Notes: generated by a model from the sequence alone, not told the origin. A DNA stretch of 64,000 nt from an uncultured Clostridia bacterium (GCA_944354125.1 CALVPT010000010.1:11543-75542); one strand, 5' to 3'. Shown: positions 36,074 through 45,148, numbered from the stretch's first letter. A program made the numbers and translations.

Positions 36074-36681
36074 AATTTGATTTGAATAACTTCAAATGGA
36101 CAAGACAACCAAAAAGTTTTAAAGTTCAGGATGATAATGTATCAATCGAAACCTTGCCTCATACAGACCTTTGGCAGAGAACTTATTATCATTTCCGCAA
36201 CGACAATGCACCCGTATTACAGATGGATACGGAGGAAAAGTTCTTTTCGTTTACCGTAAAGACGGACTTTTCGGGTGCGCATCACAGGTTTGACCAGTGC
36301 GGAATAGTAATGTATCTCGACAGCGAAAACTGGTTAAAGGCGTCGGTGGAATATGAGAACGAACGCTTTTCTCATCTCGGCAGTGTGGTGACGAACGGGG
36401 GTTACTCAGATTGGGCGACTACCGAAATAGGCAAGGATAGTACTGTAATGTGGTATCGCCTGAGCAGAAGGGAGGCCGACTATCGCATAGAGTGCTCGCG
36501 CGACGGCGTGAACTTTTCGCAGATGCGCATCTGTCATATTACAAAGGGTGCGGGAAAGATAAGTTTCGGCATATACGCCTGCTCTCCCGAGGATAGCTCG
36601 TTTACGGTAAAATTCTCTGATTTTTCACTTTCGGAGTGCAAGTGGTTGCCCCATGACGGACAGCAGCCTGATGAAGAATAA
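36070..36681 (+). CDS. DUF1349 family protein (concanavalin-like fold, unknown function)
   Basis: An ATGA start/stop overlap with maa is present. Motifs WTRQPKSF, HTDLWQRTYY, FDQCGIVMYLDSENWLK and VEYENE are as recalled for DUF1349. Confidence 0.7.
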   Translation: MKFDLNNFKWTRQPKSFKVQDDNVSIETLPHTDLWQRTYYHFRNDNAPVLQMDTEEKFFSFTVKTDFSGAHHRFDQCGIVMYLDSENWLKASVEYENERFSHLGSVVTNGGYSDWATTEIGKDSTVMWYRLSRREADYRIECSRDGVNFSQMRICHITKGAGKISFGIYACSPEDSSFTVKFSDFSLSECKWLPHDGQQPDEE

Positions 36682-36752
36682 TTTGTAAATAATAAAGCGA
36701 TTATTCTGATTGAATTTCGTTATGTTAGGCGATATGTCTTTTAGATGAACTA

Positions 36753-36793
36753 ATTCCCCTCGGCAGATATTTTCTCTGTCGAGGGGAATTTTA
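36753..36793 (+). terminator. hairpin terminator after DUF1349 gene
   Basis: AATTCCCCTCG (36752-36762) pairs with CGAGGGGAATT (36780-36790), followed by TTA. Confidence 0.5.
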
Positions 36794-36832
36794 CGAGGTC
36801 GAAATCGCTTATAGGTAAATTTGGGTGCATGA

Positions 36833-37190
36833 TTGGCACACAGTTTTAATCATCGGCAAAATCTCGACATAATTGGAAAAATGCCCAAGGACACGATTGA
36901 AAATCTCATAAAAAAGTTTGTGGAGATGAATGTAGCGCATCCGTTCATGGAAGGAAACGGCAGAAGTACAAGGATTTGGCTTTACCTTATAAAAGAAAAA
37001 TCTTAAAACTTGCACAGATTGGAGCAGGATAAATAAGAGAGAATATCTTGATGCAATGAGAGAAAGTCCCGTGGGTGCGGCGCATATATATGAACTTATA
37101 AAAAATGCGCAGACAACGCAAATAGATGATCGTGAAATTTTTATGAAGGGCATAGATTATTCATATTATTACGAACAAATCGACGAGTGA
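36833..37190 (+). pseudogene. Fic (filamentation induced by cAMP/AMPylase) gene remnant: N-terminally truncated and frameshifted
   Basis: Frame 2 reads ...KKFVEMNVAHPFMEGNGRSTRIWLYLIKEKS*, which contains the HPFxxGNGRxxR Fic motif. After the A-runs at 36991-37000 the reading continues in another frame as LKTCTDWSRINKREYLDAMRESP...REIFMKGIDYSYYYEQIDE*. Confidence 0.75.
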
Positions 37191-37317
37191 ATAAGTATAC
37201 ATAAAGCCATTGAGCATTTGTAGTAAGTGCTGCAATGGCTATTGCCTTGTTTTTAATACTAAAATGAAATTGTTTTTTATTGAATAAACAAAAATTTTTG
37301 TTTTTCAAATTGTAATT

Positions 37318-37350
37318 TTGGGGAAACTGAATTGGGGAAATTTGGGGAAA
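37318..37350 (+). repeat. three direct TTGGGGAAA repeats at the right end of element copy A
   Basis: Copies at 37318-37326, 37332-37340 and 37342-37350. This is the same 9-mer seen at 21235-21362. Confidence 0.45.
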
Positions 37351-37431
37351 TAATTTTCTGAAAATAAGCCAAAACGGCGGTTTTTAGGTAAAAAACATGC
37401 AAAAACAGTGGTTTTTTGAAAGCTAAATTTG

Positions 37432-37477
37432 CCTCTGACTCCGTCATTCGTTGGCTCAAATCCAGCTACCCCAGCCA
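37432..37477 (+). repeat. attachment-site direct repeat, copy 2: tRNA-Gln 3' half with a T-loop mutation
   Basis: Identical to 21104-21149 except C at 37455 (T at 21127). That position is the invariant T54, so this copy cannot be part of a functional tRNA. Confidence 0.75.
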
Positions 37478-37480
37478 TAA

Positions 37481-37522
37481 AGAGCAAATTTTAACTGAAA
37501 TAAGTTAGAATTTGCTCTTTTT
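37481..37522 (+). terminator. rho-independent terminator after repeat copy 2 (sequence unrelated to the one after copy 1)
   Basis: AGAGCAAATT (37481-37490) pairs with AATTTGCTCT (37509-37518), followed by TTTT. Confidence 0.6.
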
Positions 37523-37617
37523 GTTTATATTTTGGGGCGTAAATTTGCTTATTTTTCTCAGTTTTATTGGCGAATTTAGCTCATTTGGGACTACTTTTGG
37601 GACTAAATACGGCTGCA

Positions 37618-38859
37618 CTATAGCGTATAATCATATTTTTGCGCCTCCTGTAATTGGTATTTTTCCGAAAAATCAGTATATCCTCTGTCCACGACGGATG
37701 TCTTTACGTCTTTGTCAAAGGAATGTCCGTCCCACAGCATAACGAGTTCGGGGTCAACATGACATTCTTTCGCTCTTGTTATAAAAGTATATCTCAACTC
37801 GTGAGTGTGATGGTTTGGAAATAGCCTTTTTATCGTCGTGTTTATCGTATTGAAGTTTGTCGATTTGGCTCTTTCAAAGTCAATGAACGGCAAAACCTTT
37901 CTCATCATAGGCGTGAAGGGGATACGGCGGCATACAACATCCTGACCCATTTTCTCTTTACTCGTCTCGCATTGCATCCAGTTATCGTCGAGAATTGTGA
38001 GGGTAGGAAGTTCGCTTCTTCGCATACCCGTATAGAGCAATACGAGCAGTGCGCTCGATGCGCTTAATTCTGGATGAGCTTTGCAGTAATCGACAAGCTG
38101 TTTCTCCTCTTCATAGGTGAATGCCTTGCCTTTCTTTGTCTGATAGTTAGGCAGTACGACTTTCTTCATAGGGGAGGGGATAGAAAAGTCCTCTGCCGCC
38201 ATATCGAATATGCAGTTGAGCATAAGAGCAAGTTTATCCGCTTTCCTGTGCTTATTTTCGCCGACTATTCCAAAGAGATAATTTTGCAGTTCGTTTCTCG
38301 TAATTTCTGCAAGAACTCTGTTGCCGAACATGGGCTCTAAATCTACACGGAAAGAACGCTCGTATTCCTTATAGGTAGAGGGCTTTGTCGTCTGCTCTTT
38401 GATTTTCAGCCAGTCACGACCGTAATCTCTGAATAGTACAGTGTGAGCTGTAGGTATTTCGGAAGTAATCTCTTCGACCTGTGGCTGTACGGCAGGACGG
38501 TCATAGAAGGCGGCAAGCCTTTGCATAAAGCGAGTGCGCATCGTCTCGAAATCTAGCCCCGAAGCCTCGATATACATTCCCTTGCGGCGTATGCGAGCCT
38601 CGAAGTACTCGTTGGAAGTTATTCTGTAATTTACTATGTAATTGTTTGCTATAAATATTTTCCTAGTATGTTCCGGTATGGCTTTAATCTCCTGTTTAGT
38701 AAATTTAAAGCCGCTTTTGCCATTTTCAGAAATGTTTTCCCTGGTCTTGACAATCTCGTCCATCGTCTTTCTGATAGCAGAGAGTTGTCCGTATAGTGCT
38801 GTGAACGGATCGTCCAAGGCGCAGTGTGCTAGATTACCTAATTTCTTTCGATAGTTCAA
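37618..38859 (-). CDS. int: tyrosine site-specific recombinase, copy B (mosaic relative of copy A)
   Basis: The N-terminal roughly 240 aa are nearly identical to copy A. The C-terminal catalytic half is much more divergent but keeps GMRRSEL, HELRYTF, DGHS and a terminal Tyr region. Confidence 0.9.
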   Translation of the reverse strand: MNYRKKLGNLAHCALDDPFTALYGQLSAIRKTMDEIVKTRENISENGKSGFKFTKQEIKAIPEHTRKIFIANNYIVNYRITSNEYFEARIRRKGMYIEASGLDFETMRTRFMQRLAAFYDRPAVQPQVEEITSEIPTAHTVLFRDYGRDWLKIKEQTTKPSTYKEYERSFRVDLEPMFGNRVLAEITRNELQNYLFGIVGENKHRKADKLALMLNCIFDMAAEDFSIPSPMKKVVLPNYQTKKGKAFTYEEEKQLVDYCKAHPELSASSALLVLLYTGMRRSELPTLTILDDNWMQCETSKEKMGQDVVCRRIPFTPMMRKVLPFIDFERAKSTNFNTINTTIKRLFPNHHTHELRYTFITRAKECHVDPELVMLWDGHSFDKDVKTSVVDRGYTDFSEKYQLQEAQKYDYTL

Positions 38860-38901
38860 TTCTCCTTATTGTTTGATTTGTGCAACCTAAAGTGCATTTA
38901 C

Positions 38902-38930
38902 AGTATAACACAGCTTTATAGATGTTGCAA
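38902..38930 (-). promoter_or_regulatory. promoter for int copy B (TTGCAA-17-TATACT on minus strand)
   Basis: Same sequence as 22642-22670. Confidence 0.5.
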
Positions 38931-39155
38931 TGTGGTCTCCTTAAAGTTGTAATTCCGAAAGGCAGGTATCGTCCTGCCGCTTAAGCAATTTTATTATAAT
39001 TCTTAATTTTACCAATTAAAAGGAACTAAATCGGTATCTTCCCACAACTTATACAACTCACCCCAACTATACCCCAACAAAACCCAACTAAATGGGGTAG
39101 GGAATAGCACTATGGCTGTGCTCTAATGTTGATATATGTGTATTGGCTGTTCATA

Positions 39156-39401
39156 TCATGCGTCTCCGAAACACTTGTTGTAACGCTTTTGAATGGTGTA
39201 TATCACAGAACCTATTGCTCCGACGCTTCTGTTGAGGATGCGTCCGATTTCGCCCATGCTAAGACCTGCCATACGGTGAGTGAGTACTTTGCGCTGGTAG
39301 TCATCGAGCTGCATTGTATCCATCATCTGCTCTACAACTTCGTGATCGTTGTCGTCAGCTTTATAAACTTCTTGCGCCTCTAAACGGTAAGCTTTATCCA
39401 A
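39156..39401 (-). CDS. sigma-like HTH gene with its N-terminal two-thirds deleted (81-aa region-4-only ORF; possibly a pseudogene)
   Basis: Aligns to residues about 127-207 of the 22883-23506 product. The deletion places the original AAGGAGG ribosome binding site 9 nt upstream of an in-frame TTG. Confidence 0.5.
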   Translation of the reverse strand: MDKAYRLEAQEVYKADDNDHEVVEQMMDTMQLDDYQRKVLTHRMAGLSMGEIGRILNRSVGAIGSVIYTIQKRYNKCFGDA

Positions 39402-39845
39402 GTCAACATGCCTCCTTGGATTTTTTCGTCTTTCGACGGGGTAAAAAGGGCATAGGCGATTTATTGATTGCAGAACTATTATGTAAGGGCATCCCCTGTC
39501 AACAGAGAGAGGAAATTTCCTGCTGTCGGTACTTTTGTGTCCTTATGGAATTTACGAGCGACATTGACTGGGGTAAACGGCTATGCCAAAATATCCCCTC
39601 GAAAGAGAAAGGTGGAGGTATAACCAAAAACACAGAATAGCCATAGAAGCTCTTAATTAGCGTTCTGACGGTGATTGAGGGTTAAGTCGAGTAAATTATC
39701 GGGGATAATACAAACAAGTGTTATAACTAAAATTACGCTATTCTGAGGGAAACAGCGTAACAGAACACGACGAGACAAAAAATAACGCAGCGCATTTGCA
39801 AGCGGGTTAGCGCAAAGTGCTGCGTTTTGTCCGACGTTCTGTCAT
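39402..39845 (-). other. second copy of the conserved non-coding block plus terminator
   Basis: Aligns along its whole length with 23507-23945, with scattered substitutions concentrated in the central loop. Confidence 0.5.
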
Positions 39846-40000
39846 AAATCCTGCTACTCCTTCTTCAAGATATATGCGCTCCCACCTGTGCAATATATAT
39901 CTAGCCCCTCCGCCTTGAAGATTTCCCAATCCATACTTGCGAACGGTCTGGCTATAACTCAGATGGTTCTCGCGCATATCCATTATAACAGCTATCTTGA

Positions 40001-40414
40001 ACGCTGCGCTATGCCTACCGTCTGCTTGAAAACGAGGAAATGCCGAGCTGGCTGTTTATGCCCAAGTCTGGGGCGAATACCATCTGGGAAAGCTGGGAAG
40101 GAACTAAAGCGCAGGGCGGAGTCGCCTCTCTTGACCACTATTCCAAGGGTGCGGCGTGCGAATGGATATTTTCACGCATGTGCGGCATAAACGTGGCGGG
40201 AGAAAACAGGTTTTTAATATCGCCCAATCCCGGCGGCAGCCTTACTTTTGCCGAAGCCTGGTACCAAAGCATTTACGGCAGCGTATATTGCGGCTGGAAA
40301 AAGGGAGAGAAGGGCATAACCTATCGTGTTGTCGTTCCGTCTAACTGCAATGCGGAGGTAGTGCTGCCCGACGGAAGAAAGCAGTTTGTCGGCGCAGGAG
40401 AATACGCTTTCTGA
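40001..40414 (+). pseudogene. alpha-L-rhamnosidase (GH78) C-terminal fragment
   Basis: Reads ...AYRLLENEEMPSWLFMPKSGANTIWESWEG...SLDHYSKGAACEWIFSRMCGIN...ISPNPGG..., which matches the conserved C-terminal region of GH78 enzymes. The first roughly 700-800 aa expected for the family are absent. Confidence 0.7.
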
Positions 40415-40547
40415 TTTGAGTAATTTGAGATGTCATATAAAAATGATTATGACAGGCGGCTAAGGTCTCTGTAACGGGAATTATGGCGCGTGTCAGTCGC
40501 TCATTTAATACAGCATACAGTTAACTTCTACATACATTTCTTTAAAT

Positions 40548-40590
40548 TATACGCCCGATCGAAGGTTTATAGCTTTTGATCGGGCGTATA
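40548..40590. terminator. hairpin between the GH78 remnant and the convergent ABC operon
   Basis: TATACGCCCGATC (40548-40560) pairs with GATCGGGCGTATA (40578-40590). Confidence 0.5.
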
Positions 40591-40646
40591 ACTTTGTTCA
40601 GAATTCAGTTGTGCATATCAGATCTGTTGCTTTTGGTCGGAATATC

Positions 40647-41450
40647 TCAGCTGAGCACCATGCGGTCATTGATTTCTCCGCCCGACTCGCGGAATTTTTC
40701 AAGCAGGTCTCTGACCGAAAGCGACTTTTTCTCTTCGCCGCTTACGTCGTAGATAACTCTGCCTTCCTGCATCATAATCAGCCTGTTTCCGCAGCGTATG
40801 GCGTCCATCATGTTGTGCGTAATCATTATAGTTGTAAGTTTGTTTTCGGCGGTTATTTCCTCCGTAAGGCCTAAAACTTTTGCCGCTGTTCTGGGGTCGA
40901 GTGCGGCGGTATGTTCGTCTAAAAGCAACAAGTCGGGTTTTTTCATCGTCGCCATAAGCAGGGTGAGCGACTGTCTCTGTCCGCCCGAAAGCAGTCCGAC
41001 TTTTACCGTAAGTCTGTCCTCCAGCCCGAGTTCAAGCCTTGCAAGCTGTTCGCGGTAGAACGCCCTTTCCTGCCTTGTGATTCTGGGCATAAGCGAGCGC
41101 AATTTTCCGCGCCTGTATGCCAGCGCAAGGTTTTCTTCTATCTCCATATTGGGCGCGGTGCCCAGCATGGGGTCCTGAAATACTCTTCCCAGGTATTTCG
41201 CTCTCTTGTATTCGGGCAGGCGCGTAATGTCGTCGCCGTTCAAAATGATTTTGCCTGCATCTATGGGGAATGTGCCGCATATGGCGTTCATCAGCGTGCT
41301 TTTTCCTGCGCCGTTTCCGCCGATTACGGTTATGAAGTCGCCCTCGTATACTTCAAGGTCAATGTTCTTGAGCGCCGATTTCTCGTTTACCGAGCCGGGA
41401 TTGAAGGTCTTGCACACGTTTTCCAGTTTAAGCATAACTTTTTCAGCCAT
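40647..41450 (-). CDS. ABC transporter ATP-binding protein (PF04392-system type)
   Basis: Walker A GGNGAGKST, signature LSGGQRQ and Walker B LLLLDEHTAALD are present. Confidence 0.9.
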   Translation of the reverse strand: MAEKVMLKLENVCKTFNPGSVNEKSALKNIDLEVYEGDFITVIGGNGAGKSTLMNAICGTFPIDAGKIILNGDDITRLPEYKRAKYLGRVFQDPMLGTAPNMEIEENLALAYRRGKLRSLMPRITRQERAFYREQLARLELGLEDRLTVKVGLLSGGQRQSLTLLMATMKKPDLLLLDEHTAALDPRTAAKVLGLTEEITAENKLTTIMITHNMMDAIRCGNRLIMMQEGRVIYDVSGEEKKSLSVRDLLEKFRESGGEINDRMVLS

Positions 41451-42411
41451 TGTTCTGCGCCCCCTCGGTGTTTTCGTCCGTAACGCTTCCCTGAGCTCCG
41501 CCGCTGTTTCCGCCGCGCGGAAGATGCTTTTTCGTCTTGTTTATGAAGTTTCGGAAATATGTCTTTTTCCAGTAGGGTATGGCAAGGAAGATAGCAACGA
41601 CTATCGCCGAGAACATCTTGAGGTATTCGGTGTCCAGTTCCAGCCATATGACGAACTGATATACAATGTAATAGAGTATTGCGCCGATGACCGCGCTGGA
41701 AAGCTGAACGGCAAAGTTGCGCGATATTCTCGAAACTATCGCCTCGCCTATTATTACGGCGGCAAGGCCTATGACTATTGCTCCGCGACCCATGTTGATG
41801 TCTGCAAAGCCCTGATACTGTGCGAGCATTGCGCCTGCAAGCGCAACGAGAGCGTTGGAGACCATGAGCGCGACAATCTTGTCAAGGTTTACGTTTATGC
41901 CCTGGGCGCGGCTCATGTTGGGGTTGTTGCCCGTTGCCCTTATGCCGCAGCCGAATTCGGTGCCGAAGAACCAGTAAAGACCGCCGACTATGAGCGCTAT
42001 GAACGCGAAGAGTATGAGTATGGACCAGCCTGGTTCCAACTGGGTGATTATGACATATGTATTTCGCGTATCGACGGGGGTATTGGCCTGTCCCATAATC
42101 TTTAAGTTGACGGACCACAGAATGAGCTGTGTAAGTATTCCCGCAAGTATGGAGGGGATGCCCAGAAGGGTATGGAATATGCCCGTTACAAGTCCTGCCA
42201 GAGCCCCTGCTATGACTGCAACCAGCAGCGCCCACCAGGCATTTACTCCCAGTCCAAGGAGTACTGCGCATACCGCGCCGCCCGTGCATATAGAGCCGTC
42301 TACCGTAAGGTCGGGGAAGTCGAGAACTTTGTAAGTTATGAATACGCCAATCGCCATAATGCCCCAGATTAATCCCAGAGAAATGGCTCCCGGCAGAGCG
42401 TCGAAGAACAT
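41443..42411 (-). CDS. ABC transporter permease
   Basis: 322 aa with about 8-9 TM helices. It overlaps the ATPase gene by 8 nt. Confidence 0.85.
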   Translation of the reverse strand: MFFDALPGAISLGLIWGIMAIGVFITYKVLDFPDLTVDGSICTGGAVCAVLLGLGVNAWWALLVAVIAGALAGLVTGIFHTLLGIPSILAGILTQLILWSVNLKIMGQANTPVDTRNTYVIITQLEPGWSILILFAFIALIVGGLYWFFGTEFGCGIRATGNNPNMSRAQGINVNLDKIVALMVSNALVALAGAMLAQYQGFADINMGRGAIVIGLAAVIIGEAIVSRISRNFAVQLSSAVIGAILYYIVYQFVIWLELDTEYLKMFSAIVVAIFLAIPYWKKTYFRNFINKTKKHLPRGGNSGGAQGSVTDENTEGAQNNG

Positions 42412-42426
42412 GTCGGTTTTCCTCCT

Positions 42427-43431
42427 TTACTGACCTATGGGTACATACCCTTCGGGCACCGTGATGCCCAGTTCCGCGCATATTTCAGCGTTATACTTGT
42501 GTATGGGCTGTTCGTCATATGCAATGGGAATGCTGCCTGCATCCTTGCCCTCCAGCAGGATTTCCGCGGCAATCTCTGCGGTTATCTCGCCCAGCCTGTA
42601 ATAATCTATGCCGAGTACGGCTATGCCGCACCCCGTGCACGTTCCTTCGTCGCCCGTAACTATGGGTATGCCCTTGGGCGAGCAGATGTTGTCGATGAGT
42701 TGCGCGTTGGAGGCAACGGTGTTGTCCGTGGGCAGATATACGGCGTCGCTTTCGGCTGCCATTTTCTCTACGACGGACTGGATGTCGTTGGAGTCGGAGA
42801 AGGAGTAGGTGGTGCAGTTGTACTTTATGCCGTATTCTTCGCCCAGCTCTCCGAACGCCTTTATTACTTCCTCTATCTGGTATTTGGAGTTGGTCTCCGA
42901 AGAACAGTACATAAGCCCTATGTTCCTCGCGTCGGGCACAAGTTCGTGCAGCATTCTTGCCTGTTCCTTGAGGGGAGCGAGGTCGCTCGTCCCCGATACG
43001 TTGGTACCCGTTCCGTTTTCGGGAACGTAGTTGTCGAGTTTTAGCGCCACGTCGTATACGGTGACCGATGTGCCCAGAACGGGAATGTCGTCCGTGGCGT
43101 TATAGCACGCCTGAAGCGCGGTGGTGGCGTTTGCCATAATCAGGTCGTATTGCTTTGCGGTAAAGTTGTTGGCTATTACCGAGCAGTTTACCGTGTCGTT
43201 CTGCGCATCCTGATAGTCAATCTTAATCGTCCTGCCTGCGTCCTCCACAAGTTCTGTCAACCTGTCTTTGAAGCCCTGGGTTGCCTGATCAAGCGCGGCG
43301 TGGCGCACCAGCTGAACAATGCCTACCGTATAGTCGTAGCCCGCCGACTGGCTGGGCACAAAGCCTATGCCGCCTATTATAATGCCGCCGGTCAGCGCGG
43401 TTATAATCAGATTTTTGATAGCTTTTATCAT
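42427..43431 (-). CDS. ABC transporter substrate-binding protein (ABC_sub_bind/PF04392-like)
   Basis: Has an N-terminal signal anchor followed by TVGIVQLVRHAALD, typical of this family. ATG 43431 is preferred (GGAGA ribosome binding site 5 nt upstream) over the TTG at 43443. A minus-strand TTGACA-17-TATCAT lies just upstream. Confidence 0.8.
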   Translation of the reverse strand: MIKAIKNLIITALTGGIIIGGIGFVPSQSAGYDYTVGIVQLVRHAALDQATQGFKDRLTELVEDAGRTIKIDYQDAQNDTVNCSVIANNFTAKQYDLIMANATTALQACYNATDDIPVLGTSVTVYDVALKLDNYVPENGTGTNVSGTSDLAPLKEQARMLHELVPDARNIGLMYCSSETNSKYQIEEVIKAFGELGEEYGIKYNCTTYSFSDSNDIQSVVEKMAAESDAVYLPTDNTVASNAQLIDNICSPKGIPIVTGDEGTCTGCGIAVLGIDYYRLGEITAEIAAEILLEGKDAGSIPIAYDEQPIHKYNAEICAELGITVPEGYVPIGQ

Positions 43432-43685
43432 TATTTTCTCCAAACTGACATGACTTCAATAATGATAGCATAAAGGCAGGGAACTGTCAATACAAAACGC
43501 AAACGGCAGGTTATATTGATGAAACAATAATCTGCTTTTCATAGCAGAAAACATATAATAAAAGTTTGAACAGAATATGCAAGATAAACGCCCGTAATTT
43601 TCCGAACAGCTGTTTGGGGTAAAGAAGGATTGCATATATCTCCGCATCGCGGAAAAAGGGTGCGGCGCATATTATTTTTTCTTCA

Positions 43686-43714
43686 TTGACAACGCGGACA
43701 TAGAGGCATATAAT
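43686..43714 (+). promoter_or_regulatory. sigma-70-type promoter TTGACA - 17 nt - TATAAT for the 43767 lipoprotein gene
   Basis: Perfect hexamers at 43686-43691 and 43709-43714. Confidence 0.55.
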
Positions 43715-43766
43715 TATATACGTAGAAGAATTTATTCTTCAGGGCATATTCTAAAGGAGGTTAATC

Positions 43767-44903
43767 ATGAAAAAGTTCATAGGCATAATTTTTGCGCTTG
43801 TCTCGGCAGTTGCGCTCAGTCTCGGACTTGCGGCTTGCTCGGGAAACGGCGGCAATGAAGGCGGCGGCAACGGCGGCGGAGACGATAAGGGTACGCGCTA
43901 TTCAATTCAGACGCCACAGACCTCGGACGTATACACAGTTACGGGACTTCCCGACGGCGCATATGAAGACGATAAGGTGACTTTCAAAGTCGTGCTGAGC
44001 GATCCCGAAAACAGCGTGCTCTCGGAAGTGGGCGTAGAGCCTTCAACTTCGGCATATTACGCTCTCAGCGGCGCTGATGACGGTACATATTCGTTCACAA
44101 TGCCTGCCGAACCCGTAAAAATAGTCATAGACGCGCGCGCGTTCGAGGAGGTTCTCTCGGACGGCGGAGTGACATTCGTTTCGGACAATGCCAGGGAAAT
44201 TGCCGTCAATTCGGGCAATACCAAGGTATGGGACGAGGACAACAATCTCGTCGACCGCTGGGCATTCGACATATCGCTCGGCTGGCGAAATACCGCGGCA
44301 TTCAGCTCAAACTCAAAGGTAACCTCGTCGGATGAGACGGTAATACCCTCAGACGCCGTAACCATAAAGGAGGGCGACAAGGGCAATAACTTCTACTTCA
44401 CGTCCGCCCAGATACTCATAGATACTTCAAAGATAAATCCCGGCAAGACCTGGCTTGAAATATATCTTCAGAGCAACAACTCGTCCACTTCCAGGGGTAC
44501 GGTATGCGTTCAGATAACCGTCACCGCCGAGGGCACCGTGACCGAGGTGGAAAAGTGGACGGAAACAGTCGTGTTCACTCTGTCCTCGGGCATAGATACC
44601 GAAGATCTGTATTTCTGCTTCACCGACACCGATTACGGCAGCAATATGGACTCGCAGGAAAGACAGTACTTCTATGCCGGCGAGTACGAGATATCCGACG
44701 ATGATACCGTAACTCTGACCATAGAGTACGTCAAGGGGCATAAGTACAGAGTAACCGCAGGCATAAACGACGGTTCGGGCAACAGCCTCGAACTCAACGA
44801 AAGCGTCACCTCGGGCGCGGCGTATCAGGACGACGCCCTGACATTCGAGCGCACGGGCGTGACCATAGAGATAACCGTAAGAAACGAGTTCTTTAGACCC
44901 TGA
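43767..44903 (+). CDS. hypothetical lipoprotein (378 aa)
   Basis: AAGGAGG ribosome binding site and canonical lipobox LGLAAC, followed by a Gly/Asn-rich linker. No family recognised. Confidence 0.7.
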   Translation: MKKFIGIIFALVSAVALSLGLAACSGNGGNEGGGNGGGDDKGTRYSIQTPQTSDVYTVTGLPDGAYEDDKVTFKVVLSDPENSVLSEVGVEPSTSAYYALSGADDGTYSFTMPAEPVKIVIDARAFEEVLSDGGVTFVSDNAREIAVNSGNTKVWDEDNNLVDRWAFDISLGWRNTAAFSSNSKVTSSDETVIPSDAVTIKEGDKGNNFYFTSAQILIDTSKINPGKTWLEIYLQSNNSSTSRGTVCVQITVTAEGTVTEVEKWTETVVFTLSSGIDTEDLYFCFTDTDYGSNMDSQERQYFYAGEYEISDDDTVTLTIEYVKGHKYRVTAGINDGSGNSLELNESVTSGAAYQDDALTFERTGVTIEITVRNEFFRP

Positions 44904-45148
44904 ACGGCAAATCAAAGATAATTGTCTTAAGGCCGCCGGCCGCACATATGCAAGGTCTTTTTGCGGTCAGCCGCGAAAATGCCAGAGGTTTTGCCTTATT
45001 TTAAGGGCTTAAGGCGCGGAGTTGACAAACTTATTACAATTTTCGCGCAATTTTACAATAATATTACAATAAATTTGCCGCTTTCGGGTAGATTGACGGC
45101 AGATTGTATTATATACTGATATATGTAACATTACAGGGCGACATAAAT

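Larger units (their letters stand above)
21104..37477. mobile_element. putative tRNA-Gln-targeting integrative element, copy A (about 16.4 kb), bounded by the two 46-bp direct repeats
   Basis: Direct repeats at 21104-21149 and 37432-37477 have 1 mismatch. A tyrosine integrase reads toward the left repeat. TTGGGGAAA repeats lie inside both ends. A decayed Fic gene is at the right end. Whether the GH3 cargo is really part of a mobile unit is unproven. Confidence 0.45.
37432..39845. mobile_element. truncated second integrative-element copy (copy B): att repeat, integrase, sigma-like stump, conserved non-coding block
   Basis: Collinear with 21104-23945 of copy A. Similarity ends abruptly at 39845, where a truncated GH78 gene begins. 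Confidence 0.65.

Noticed and set aside
41206-42105. 299-aa + strand ORF across the ABC ATPase/permease genes; also 41882-42481 and 42499-43044
   Set aside because: These are antisense or out-of-frame shadows of the well-supported minus-strand ABC operon. They have no ribosome binding site and low-complexity products.
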